From contig NW_003314304.1 in assembly GCF_000143415.4 (NCBI RefSeq), forward strand, positions 1,255,982 to 1,290,028: 34,047 nt of DNA. Reading direction: 5' to 3'. The number at the start of each line of letters is the position of its first letter. The stretch's first letter is position 1. This DNA is from Selaginella moellendorffii (Eukaryota > Plantae > Lycopodiophyta). The translations under genes and the position numbers were made by a program. A model generated the notes under the pieces. The model searched no databases and was not told where the DNA came from. It saw only the letters and a list, made by a program, of their open reading frames with translations. Positions 12,704 through 23,500 of this stretch are shown here, one piece after another.

Positions 12704-13235
12704 TATGGTCCTCGTGTCAGTGATACTTAAATTAAATTTCTGCCCTATCAACTTTTGATGGCTATCATAGTGGTGATAGGTAATAGGGAATTAGGGTTTG
12801 ATTTTGAGACATAGCTACCACATCCAGGGAAGGTAGCAAACGCACGAATTATCCAATTCTGACATTGGGAGGTACTGACAATAAATAATAATATCGGGCT
12901 TTCAAAATTTGGTAATTGGAATGAGTATAATATAAATCTCTTAAGGAAGATTCATTAGAGGGCAAGTCTAGTGCCAATAGCTATAGTAATTCTAATTCTA
13001 ATAACATGTTATTATAGTTGAAAAAGCTCATTTGGATCTCAAGACAAGATGAATGGTTTCCCTGTATGCACTAGTCACCCCATTCTATGAGTCAATGATG
13101 CTAATTTGATCTTTACTGGCTAGGGTGTGGAGTCGACAATGTTATTTTGAAAAAATTAAAGTGCTCAAAACAGACTTATACTCTAAATACATTAGTATGG
13201 AATAATGTAATAGGACTCTGATCTTGTTGTGTTGG

Positions 13236-13338
13236 TCTCCAAGATATGAGTAATGATTAGTAGGGACAATTGGGGGCATTTGTACTCTCCAAGATATGAG
13301 TAATGATTAGTAGGGACAATTAGGGGCATTTGTACTCT
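13236..13338 (+). repeat. 50-bp tandem duplication inside the 18S pseudogene
   Basis: TCTCCAAGATATGAGTAATGATTAGTAGGGACAATT(G/A)GGGGCATTTGTAC x2. Confidence 0.95.
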
Positions 13339-13377
13339 ATTGTTAGAGATGAAATTCTTAAGCATTTGCTGAGGATG

Positions 13378-14264
13378 TGTAGCACACCTTATTTCTCTCC
13401 CCTTAAGTCAACTGGAAAAGGGGCAATTGCTTAATGAAAGAGCCCTTAATGGTTATTTTATCCCCATTTATCCCCCAAGGTTTCAAGGATCCATGGTGAC
13501 AGTATATCTAAATTTCATCCCATGATCACATGCGCTACACTCACCCCCCCTTTCACCCCCCTTTAGAGATGTCAATGTCCTCATTGACTATTGACTATTG
13601 ACTAACAACCCCCTATTGAGCCAAGGGGAACCAACACCTCCATTTCCCGTACTGCAGTCCCACGGTAGATACTTTCGTCCGTATTCCATATGAAGCAACT
13701 AGTCATCCACCCGTACCGTAGTCCCATGGTGGATACCTTCGTCTGTATTCCATGCCGTATTCCATGTGAGGCAACTAGTCATCCACCCATACTGCAGTCC
13801 CACGGTGGATACTTTCGTCCATGGATACTTCGTCCAGTCGTTGAAAATATTCCCAGATTTGAGATGCAAGAGGGCGGGGTGGGGGTGGCCGAGGCACAAT
13901 GAAGATTCCCAAGTCTAGATTTGCAAACCCAAGTCTGGATTTTTTTGCAAATCCGTTTGAGGTTCACACAAGAGGAAGGACGCCCAATATGTACAATTTC
14001 AAATTTAGGGGTAAAAATATATCTTACTCAAGGGTATATTATATTTTTAAGTAACCACTAATCAATGGGAATCGAACCCGTGCCATTTGTTCCGATACCA
14101 ACTATAACGCACCTTATCTCTCTCCCCTTAAGCCAACTGGAAAAGGAGCAATTACTTAATGAGAGAGCCCTTAGTGGCTATTTTATCCCCATTTATCCCC
14201 TAAGGTTCTAAGGATCCACGATGACAGTATATCCAAATCTCATCCCATGATCACATGCACTACA
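13378..14264 (-). mobile_element. TRIM (miniature non-autonomous LTR retrotransposon), 887 bp
   Basis: 162-bp LTRs at 13378-13539 and 14103-14264 (TGTAG..CTACA). Minus-strand PBS TGGTATCGGAA at 14100-14090 (tRNA-iMet-like). PPT AAAGGGGGGGTGAG at 13553-13540. TSD GGATG/TGATG. The 18S sequence resumes in register. Confidence 0.93.
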
Positions 14265-15994
14265 TGATGCTTTTATTAATCAAGAATGAAAATTAGGAGC
14301 TCAAATACGATTAAATACCATTTTAGTCTTAACCATAGATGATGATGATTAGGGATTGGCAGATGTTATTTGGATGACAACGCCATCACCTCATGAAAAA
14401 TCAAAGTCTTTGAGTTCCAAGAGGAGTATGGTTGCAAAGCTAAAACTTAAAGGAATTGATGGAAGGGTATTATTTGGAGTGAAGCTTGTGGTTTGATGAA
14501 GAAACTTACTAAGTTTAGCCATAGTAAGAATTAATACATTAAGAGCTCTTTCTTGATTCTATAGGTGGTAATTTCTTAGTTGGTGAAGTGATTTGTTTGG
14601 TTAATTTTATTAACAAATTAGACCTCAACCTAGTAACTAGTGTTTCTCCAAGCTAGCTTCTTAGGGAGGCTATTTACTTTTGGTGGATAGAAGTTTGAAG
14701 CAATAATAGATTTGTGATGCCCTTAGATGTTTTGGGCTGCACATGCATTACATTGATGAGCTTGACAAGTGCATGCTTATGTCAATGTTAAAACCTTGAC
14801 ATTAACATTGGTAGAGTTGATATTAGAGTGAAATGAGATATTTCTTCATAAATATATTGCAAAAGATAAATTTTTGATCTATAATTATTCAGATAGTTAG
14901 TGATTAATTAAGCCTCATTGGAAATTGATAATTTGCTTCACAAGTTTTGACAAAGATAATATTGGTGATTTGGTTGTAGCTTTATGTTGTTAATATTCAT
15001 GCATTTGCTAGTTAGCAATTATATTGACATTTAATAAATTGAGTGGTAAGTTGGGTTAGCTATATTATAGATGAAAGTTTTTAGTAGGGTTGAGTTTTGC
15101 CTTTTCTTTGAAAAGTGACTTAATTAGCTAGTTTTGCAAAATGAAGAATTAGTGATTAATACTAAACTTGTTAGATCCTTTTTGGTTTGAGTTTGAAATT
15201 ATTGATTATTGATGATTCTCATTGCACTTGTTATAAAGTGTGTTATATGTTAAAATTTATAAAAGATGGTTTCATGATCACTTGTTGAGCATGGCTTTTA
15301 AATTAATATAGATATACTCTTTATTAGCTTTTGCATTATGAAGTTTTGGCCTGTGAATTTGCTAAGGTGGAAATTATAGGTTATATTATGATTTCTTTTT
15401 AAACATTGAAGTTAGTCAGTATGACACTTATGATTGTTATTATATAGAATTTAGTTATAAACTTCTTTGAGTTTTTGGTTCTTGATCATCTGGGATAGTT
15501 GATTATCCTTATTAAATATTATAAATAATTATTATTGCTAATAATTATATGCCATTCTATTCTATTTGGCAATGATTATCAACAATATAACCTATTTAAC
15601 TTAATGCATTTCTCACAAAATATGAATATCATGAATTTTTTCTAGAGTTGTTCCTTTGGCAATAGTCTCAAGTGTGCATCAATAAGAATGTCAATCTTTT
15701 TAAAGGGGAGAGAACATATCATAAATAGTATCAAAAGTTGTCTGTTAGTAAGACTTTTTGAATATTCTTCTTTTACTGTCATAATGGCAAAAAGGTTAGT
15801 ATTATTAGACTCTTTATCAATCTCCACTTGAGCTAATTAAGAAACTAATTAATATATATGCATTTAGACCAAAAGGGCACTAAAGAAAGAAATCCTAAAT
15901 TATAATTTAGCCTAGCATATTTGACATTGGTGATAAGAAATTTATATTGTTAATTTGCACTTGCTAATGTTAAAAACCCTTACAATATTGAGCT

Positions 15995-16626
15995 CATACT
16001 TGCATCTGATCATTCGAACTCAACTGGATTTGAATGGGTATCGAACGTTTAATACCTGTTTAGCTTTTATTCGAATGGGTATAGTGGTTTTCAGTTTTAA
16101 TATAATTAAAAAATAATTAACTGTTACTAAACAAAGTTTAACATAATATAATATAGGTTTAATCTAATCTTCATCCTCCGAATCTAGAACATCATCACCA
16201 CTAGCACTGTCATCATTAGGTTGTTGAAGAGGTTCTTCAACAACTTCCTGAAGTGCAAGGATCCTTTGCCACTGAGGCTCAAACTCAAGGTTATCAAGAT
16301 CATGCTTGATAAGCCTCAAACTCCCGGACTTGATCTTCTATACGACATGCATATTCATGGCTTGTCTCAGATGTCGGCCTTAGTTTTAGAACATAAGCCC
16401 AGCTCCAGCATGGCTGCCTTCCTCCCCCCATCCTGGACTTACCTTAGCGCTTCTGGATCCCGCGAACCCTGATTTTACATGAACCCTAATCTAAGTAAAA
16501 GAAAGCATATTCTTTAGGGTTTTCTTTAAAATATTCTTGGTGTTTAAATGCCGTTTTAAACGCCGTATTATTCGCTCGTTTTAAACTGCAGTTTTTTTTA
16601 ATCGTACCTGTTTGAATGCAAGTATG
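15995..16626 (-). mobile_element. Non-autonomous hAT-like DNA transposon, 632 bp
   Basis: 11-bp TIR CATACTTGCAT/ATGCAAGTATG; 8-bp TSD ATTGAGCT/ATTGGGCT; internal remnant SLRLIKHDLDNLEFEPQW..DSEDED* resembles a transposase C-terminal tail. Confidence 0.8.
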
Positions 16627-16711
16627 ATTGGGCTTAGTCTGTCAATATATTCAATAGGTGATAGATTATCAGATGTTGACTTGGATGTGGCGAGACAATG
16701 ATGACCTATTC

Positions 16712-18909
16712 TCAATCACAGCTAAAAAAAGTTGGAATGCCTTCAGAAGTGACTGGAAAGGGAGGTCTGTTGCACCGACAAGATATGTAACGATCATAAT
16801 CCTTAAATGCAAGGAGGTCTGTTGCAGCTACCCAGTCTCTCCAGGTGGGTTCGTCCTTTATGACAAAGTGAACCTACAATTTTGAACACAGAATAACAAA
16901 GGCATGTCTAATCCAGGGAAGCTTACCTCAATGGACACTTTAGCAATTTTGAGTGCCTTTTGTACGCTTTCTACAGCAATCCTTGCCGCTTTATCCAGAG
17001 GAAACCTGAAACACAATGCGAACTCAGTATACAAGAGGTAAGGTGTGAGTACAAACCCGCCATATCCGCACAAGATAGCTGGGAACGCTATGTGCTTAAC
17101 GCCCTCCTTGCAAGCAAGTGTTATAGCGTTCCTGTAATAGACAAAGCACAATGTATCAAATTTGCTACACACTCTGGCATACCTGTAAGTGAGACCAAGA
17201 TACTCAGCAGCTTCCATGTCCCTGTCTTTGTAGTATTTTGGGCCTTGAATAACAATGATTTTAGGTGCTGGCAGTCCTCCTGAAGGGCTGAGAAACAAGT
17301 CAGTTAAAAGTTTTAAAAGGAAATGAGGAAAGACAGTTACATGATATCCAAGCCAGTAAAGAAACCAGTAGCAATACATATTTCTGAAAAGAGAAAAGCT
17401 CATGTCAAATGCCAAACACCCCTTTGCTTTACCTCTGTGTATCTGACCTCCAACAGGAACTACAATAGCGTCATTCTTTCCGTCTACAAACCACTCTTTT
17501 ATGTCCCCGTTTTTAATCACGAACTTGCAAGAGCCGACTTTACAAACAAGCTTGAGGTCCTTTTCCTGATCAAAAGCCACTAAATCTCAAACCACAAACT
17601 CAGATAAACAAACAAAATGAGAGGTAGATTTGAACCTTGAGGTCCATCACTCTTATGCAGGGGTCCCTGGGAGGTCCGGGCTTGCAAGAGGTAAATGGTT
17701 CGGGTACTTGAGGGTTCCCATTGACTGAAAACAGAAATAAGGTTATATAGCTATAATTGATGTACTGTACGTACCTAGGGGAAGGAAACCATCGGGTCTA
17801 ACATCATATAACTCCATCGCTTGTTCGTCTTCAGACTCATCCGGGTCTTCAGGCACATCTTCATCTTCAGACTCAGATTCGTCCGCAGGCTCGGGATTTA
17901 TATCGACTGGGTTTCCCTCTATGTCCTCTGCGGCGCTGTGTAGCTGTCCACTCACCTCTTGAGTCACTCCATTGGCCACTTTCTGTCGCAGCAGCTCTCC
18001 AACAGGAACTACTGCGAATGTCCTGCAATCATCAGACCCTACGTCGGCAATCTGGCGGCAAGCTTCCTCGAGGCCCTGTACTAGTTCGCCCATTACAATC
18101 TCGTTTGCGGATCAGAAGCATACAATACTCACAAGTGCGTCGATCCGAGTGGTGAAAACGCTTGTAAAATCGCTATCCATGTGATAATTTAGGTGTCTCG
18201 ACGCAACGATTAGGTAAGTGTCTGCCGTAGTCAGCCGCTCCTGTGTGCACACACTTTCAGAATAACAAATTTCAACAAAAGAGTAAGTACCTTGTGGTAA
18301 TAAAAAAGTTGACTGCTACTTTGCGGGGGGCTAGCATTTTTGAGACGGTAGAGAGAACTTGGACGGGTTAGCTTTTCGTCCTTTCCACTTCGGCACAGTA
18401 TCACCAATGCAAGGGCCTGGCCAAATACATACACATGTGCGTCTCCAAGCACCACCACCAAGGACCTGTTTTGCGCACACCAATCCTATAAAACCAAAGT
18501 AAACATTCACAGAAACAGCAATAATCCATCTGACAAGAAGAGAGATTACCACATACCCGGCAATCTGATGATCCTACCAGAGCCCGCAGCTCTTCATTCA
18601 TCCTGCAAAAGAACCACCGATATTTTTTTGAAAAGTACAATGCACATACTCTTACTTTGTGAATGCGAGCTCCAGAGCTCGTGGAGTACCGAATGTTGAC
18701 AGCTCCAGAGATGCTCGAATGTGATCCATGAGTCGAGATCGGCGTAACTTGAGAAGTTCGAGATGTACAGAATAGAGGTGCACATCTCTTACGTCCGGAT
18801 AAGCTGCATGGAAAATTAGCACAACTCGCTCCTGCACTCTCCCTAGCTCTGGCAAGCACACGATACGTGGAGTCGCATCCTGGGGCGGCTCGACTATCAC
18901 TGCCTCCAT
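16712..18909 (-). CDS. Multi-exon protein: uncharacterised N-terminus, acidic tract, divergent MacroD-like macrodomain. Macro exons 17579-17433, 17383-17341, 17287-17183, 17131-17057, 17005-16927, 16873-16712
   Basis: Spliced macro part: FVIKNGDIKEWFVDGKNDAIVVPVGGQIHR..GLPAPKIIVIQGPKY..YRNAITLACKEGVKHIAFPAILCGYGGFPLDKAARIAVESV..EVHFV. It matches plant MacroD-type motifs (GDIT.WFVDG.SDAIV, LPA..VIH..GP, IAFPAISCG..G.P..EAA, EVHFV). The frame holds across ~50-bp GT-AG introns. N-terminal exon linkage is less certain. Confidence 0.8.
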
Positions 18910-19192
18910 CGCCACAGCACAGCCCTAAGCCCTATAGCCTTTTTACGTTAGAGTTATTTTTATGGGTTATCGAGTGTTGACTTTGCTTGCTTAATCCTTC
19001 GCCTTTGCGCAAAGGAGAGCTCCATTTCCCTGTTCTAGCCAATGATGCGAGTGGCATGGAGAAATCCTTGTGAATCGCATCTACTGGCGAGCTAGAAGAA
19101 GAAGAGCGACAAAAACTTGTTCAAGGCTCTTTCTAATCCAAAAAGGCATGAAGCGCAGCTGTAAAGGTAGGTTCACCTTTTTCTCGTTTCAC

Positions 19193-19200
19193 TATATAAA
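19193..19200 (+). promoter_or_regulatory. TATA box of the GDSL gene, within a 333-bp divergent intergenic region
   Basis: TATATAAA starting 50 bp upstream of the ATG at 19243; CCAAT at 19039. Confidence 0.6.
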
Positions 19201-19242
19201 CGGGCTTTCTGTATTAGGTTCTCTCGTGAAGGTTTTGGCGAG

Positions 19243-20202
19243 ATGACGAAGATTTTAGTGTTGGTGTTTGCGATCTTGGCTCTCTGCGCGTGCGTGTATG
19301 GGAGGTCGGTTCCTCAACTTCGGACTATCTACATGGGAGACTCAATCTTTGATGTTGGAACTAACAAGTACGTGAAGAACTCTGTTTCTCGTTGTGATTT
19401 TGTGCCGTATGGGAAGACAAGGTATAACCAGCCATCAGGAAGATGTAGCGATGGGTTTCTAATACCAGATCTGATAAACAAAGTGATCGGTTTGCCCTTT
19501 TCAAAACCATTCTTGGGCTTGAAAGGTGGGAGCCAACTTCCACTAAGCATCAACTTTGCGTCAGACGGTAGTGGACTGCTTGATTCTACTCACTCAGACT
19601 GGGGTGTCGTGTCGTTTAATGAGCAGCTAAAACAACTTGGACAGCTAGCCAACAAGATCCCCATGATGAATCTCAATGACTTTGTGGTTGTGATATCTTC
19701 GGGTGGCAATGACATTGCGGCAAATCTTCAAAACCTTGCTAATGTAGACTTGGAAGCAATGCTAGTGTTATTGGAGAAAGGCTTGGAGCAACTTTATAAA
19801 TATGGATTCAGGAAGATTGTCTACTCTAGCCTTGGGCCGTTAGGCTGTGTGCCTATTGTCACGTCGGATGGAAATTGTGTGAGAGAGATCAACGATTTAG
19901 TAGAACAATTCAATTGGCAAGCTCGGGCGATTGTTTTGGGGGTGGCAAAGAAATTCCCAGGGATGAGAGGTGCATTTGTTGACGGCTATTCACTGATCAA
20001 ATCGTACGTGGAGAACCCAAATAAGTTTGGATTCCAGAATGGAGGGGGTTGTTGCCCCAATTGCCTATCACACAAAAATACCTTGAGCGGGCTGTGCAAG
20101 AATCCAAGTGATTATGTTTTCTGGGATTTAATTCACCCAACAGAGCACACGTACACACTAGTGACGAAAGAATTCATGAAACAAATCAAGAAAATCTTGT
20201 AA
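19243..20202 (+). CDS. GDSL/SGNH esterase/lipase, secreted, intronless, 319 aa
   Basis: Hydrophobic signal peptide; GDSIFDVG (block I); PYG..PSGRCSDG; INFAS.GSG (block II); SGGND (block III); LGPLGCVP; YVFWDLIHPTE (block V DxxH). Confidence 0.96.
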   Translation: MTKILVLVFAILALCACVYGRSVPQLRTIYMGDSIFDVGTNKYVKNSVSRCDFVPYGKTRYNQPSGRCSDGFLIPDLINKVIGLPFSKPFLGLKGGSQLPLSINFASDGSGLLDSTHSDWGVVSFNEQLKQLGQLANKIPMMNLNDFVVVISSGGNDIAANLQNLANVDLEAMLVLLEKGLEQLYKYGFRKIVYSSLGPLGCVPIVTSDGNCVREINDLVEQFNWQARAIVLGVAKKFPGMRGAFVDGYSLIKSYVENPNKFGFQNGGGCCPNCLSHKNTLSGLCKNPSDYVFWDLIHPTEHTYTLVTKEFMKQIKKIL

Positions 20203-20419
20203 CTTCACAGAGCATTCTCATTCACAGAGCTTGCAACCAGGCAGAAGAAAGCTGCCGAATGGAAGCAACGTATCCATCCTTCGCCTGTTCTTCATTGCGA
20301 GCTGGCATTTGTGAGGCATCAGCAGTTTCTTTCTACTTCGACATGGAGCAACATGCCCCTCCAGCTATGACCAGCTCTAGGCCTTGCTCTACCACAGTTT
20401 CTGCCACCAGCGAGGCCAT

Positions 20420-23400
20420 ATTTAATAGATGGTGTTTTAGGTGAAATTAAAAAGTTAAAGAAAAGGAATATTAAAAGTAAAAAAAAAAAATCCGCCTTAA
20501 AATTAACTTTGCTCCAACCTTTATGAGTTAATAGTTACTATCGCATTTACTTTAATGAGTTTCTTTATTTAACCATGCATTTTTCGTTAGCTTAGATTTA
20601 AACAATTCACAGCCATCGGATCAGCTAATCTGACGGTTAGGATGCTGTGTAAATATATCTAAAGGCTAGTGTTTAGGGTAAGTTTTGAGGGGGCTGGTTT
20701 TGCTGTTGGCGGCGGCGCTGGGGGGAGGAGGCGTTATGTTTTTCTCAAACCATCAAAATGCACACTGGTGGGGTGCCCATTCTCAACGTGGCTACTCAGT
20801 ATTCGTTTTGGGCTGTCGCTACTGTTTTGCACAGTACGTTGAGGCGGCCAAAGCGAGAGGAAGTCGGGGAATCGAAGTCCCCGGCTGCCCCACACTTAGA
20901 TGTAGGATTTTCGATTGTGTGAAACTACTAACAAGCAGGATCGAAGACCAGCTACCCAGCCCTCTCTTGGGGATTTCCTCTTTGAGGAGAACCCCTCCAA
21001 AACAAAAAACGAAGAAGCATTCCTGTCGTTTTTTCTTATTCGAAACAGTGTTTGCCTTGTTGCTTGACAAGGATTAGGGCCCCCTCTGTTCCGCTCCATC
21101 CCCAAGTCTTCACAATGAAAATTAAGCTGGGGAAAAATTGTCATGCAGGAACATGATCAAGAACTCGTCGTGTGCAAGGCCTCCCTGCAAGCTTGATAAA
21201 CAACAAAGAACAGGGAACTGCAAACCATAAGAACACTTCATACTCGCGAACTTCAGTTTCTTCCGATTGCTCATGACCCCCAAAGGAGCGTTTCTCTTTG
21301 GATCTAGCTAGGGTAGGGAGCGGCAGGGACAGGATCACCGGCATTTCATCGAGCTTGTAGCTGATCTTGATCATACCTTGGACGGCCATGAATTTCTGGT
21401 ATCATACCCCTCTCTTAGCATTGCTTATTAGATCAGTGCACTTCTTCTTGCATGACTTTCCTTGTCCTGCCTGAGATGAATGCGTCTGATTTTCGATTTT
21501 CAGATAATTTCATAGCAGCGTCTACCTGGAAGAGCTCCCAAACGCATACTGTCCGATATGTGCTAGCTGGTGGTGGTGAGAGCGTACCATGTTAATTAGA
21601 TTTAACTAGTATCAACAAATATCTGTGGATTGGATTTCAGGCATTACAACAGACTAGGATAAAACTTCTTCCTTAGAAAAGAAAAATGTGAGAGAAAGAC
21701 ACTGACACTAGAGGTACTTTGAGCTCTATCTAGTATATTTTCTAATTGTAAATCATTTTATTGTCGATTTTCTATCGAATCAATATATCTAGACTTCATA
21801 CAGGTAACACTTGCTTTATCTTTCTTGCTTTTCCAACGTTGGTTTCAGTTTGATATTTTAGTGTCAATCTTCATTCCGGAAAGTTTTCTTCTAATTCTCA
21901 AGCTGCTTTGACAAGTTCCTCCAGAGGCAAGATGCTTTTTACTTAAGTTTTTTCAAAGAGTTTCTATCGATCTTATACTCTGCATGGCTGTGGCCTTGCA
22001 GTGTCTGCTTCAGCCAAGGTAGCGTTTGGGGACATGCCAAGGACGTGATCCTCCCAGTAAGGCGCAAGTGGATCTTCACATATATTTATATCATGCAACT
22101 CAAATTAACCAGGTAACTCTCGAGTCAAGAGACAAACCGGTTCTCAACACTTAATACTTTGACCAGTCCAGAAATAGGCGTGATCGAGGTCGCTACTTTC
22201 TCATGCTCCTTGTCGCAATTCTTTTGAGCCAGGGTCCTGGAGATACAAAGTCAAGCTCTACAAAGCAAGTATGAAGAGAGACACACGCCTTTACTTGGCT
22301 CATTCTTATGTCTGTATTATTATCATATATATGATGTGGAAGTTTTAAAATTGTTTAAAGTTTGCAAAAATGTGAAGTATAAATTTTTTTTATAAAAATA
22401 AAAAAATATTAATAAAAAATAAATATAAAAATGCTTATGGCTAAAAAATGATGAGAAATTAATAAAAAGTTTTAAAACTTCAAGTTGGTATAGTGTATAT
22501 GTGTCAATTATAACTACATTTGCTATAATGCCCACAACAAAATTCTAATTTTTCTTTCTTAAGATCTTCATTACAAACTTTTTTTGTTTGTGGGTGTCCC
22601 AGAAGTTTATGAATTTTTTGTAGCAACATACCAAGCACTAGGATAAAGTACACTTGCATGTGTTTTATGATAAGAATCAAGTAATAGCAGAGAGTTAAAA
22701 AATGGTAGTAGTTGTGTGAGCACAAGGTAATCCAATTTTTTATCATCCAAAGCATGAGCAAGACTATGTTAGTTTCAAATATAGTAAGATCTAAGGGCAT
22801 GAGAAACCTTATGAAATTGCATCATAAAGAGGTTTCATTATAGCTCAATTATTATTTTTGGATTGATGCTCAAGTAGAGGCTTATTAATTTGATAGCCAA
22901 GGTCAAGTCCAAGTCCAGCCAAGATGATTAAAGGCTGTGTGCATATTTTCTTATTGTGCATAAGCTTCACTCAGCTATTGAGGGCTTTGGCTACCCCTTG
23001 GCACTTGAAATATGAACCTTACAACTATGCCATCTTAGTTGATGCTAGTTATACATTGCCTTTACTGCATCTTTGGGTGCTAGGACATATGTGCTTTGCA
23101 TTAACTACTTAGTTGATCTTATTAGTAGTCATATGCTTGTCTCAAAGATTAAGCCATGAATGTATAAATATAAATTGTTTTATATTGTGAAATTGTGAAT
23201 GGCTTATTAAATAAATAATAGTTTATTTGATAGTACCTTACTACTCAGATAACTATAGTAATTCTATAACTAATATGTGTAAAGAGTCCTGACCTTCAAA
23301 AGGGATGCACTTACTAGATTCAAGACTAATGCATACTCATTTATATTCTCAGTGGTTCATGATAACTTGTCAAATCATATGGTCCTCGTGTCAGTGATAC

Positions 23401-23500
23401 TTAAATTAAATTTCTACCCTATCAACTTTTGATGGTAGGATATAATAGGGAATTAGGGTTTGATTTTGAGATACAGCTACCACATATAGGGAAGGTAGCA
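20420..23500 (+). repeat. Segmental duplication block B, copy 2 (lacks the MITE)
   Basis: Colinear with 9382-12838. Confidence 0.95.
23106..23500 (+). pseudogene. Second 18S rRNA pseudogene fragment (5' ~400 nt)
   Basis: TACTTAGTTGATCTTATTAGTAGTCATATGCTTGTCTCAAAGATTAAGCCATG..GGAAGGTAGCA. Confidence 0.93.

Larger units (their letters stand above)
9382..12838 (+). repeat. Segmental duplication block B, copy 1 (copy 2 at 20420-23500)
   Basis: Colinear near-identity from TTTAATAGATGGTGTTTTAGG to GGGAAGGTAGCA; identical 82-aa and 70-aa minus-strand ORFs in both copies. Confidence 0.95.
12140..14770 (+). pseudogene. 18S rRNA pseudogene, 3'-truncated, interrupted by a MITE and a TRIM; probable decayed 5' ETS upstream
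   Basis: TACTTAGTTGATCTTACTAGTAGTCATATG..TCAAAGATTAAGCCATG (18S 5' end); TTTCTGCCCTATCAACTTT; GAGGGCAAGTCTAGTGCCA; AAACTTAAAGGAATTGATGGAAGGG; TGTGATGCCCTTAGATGTT. Pervasive C>T and G>A changes plus deletions. Confidence 0.95.

Noticed and set aside
12140-14770. Functional 18S rRNA gene
   Set aside because: Conserved positions are mutated, it has deletions and two TE insertions, it is 3'-truncated, and no ITS, 5.8S or 25S follows.
15642-15827. MEID..ILID ORF as a gag-protease remnant
   Set aside because: The resemblance is too weak; no intact zinc knuckle or D[ST]G motif.
16858-17580. 240-aa single-exon ORF
   Set aside because: It reads through several short introns; the spliced model fits the macrodomain much better.
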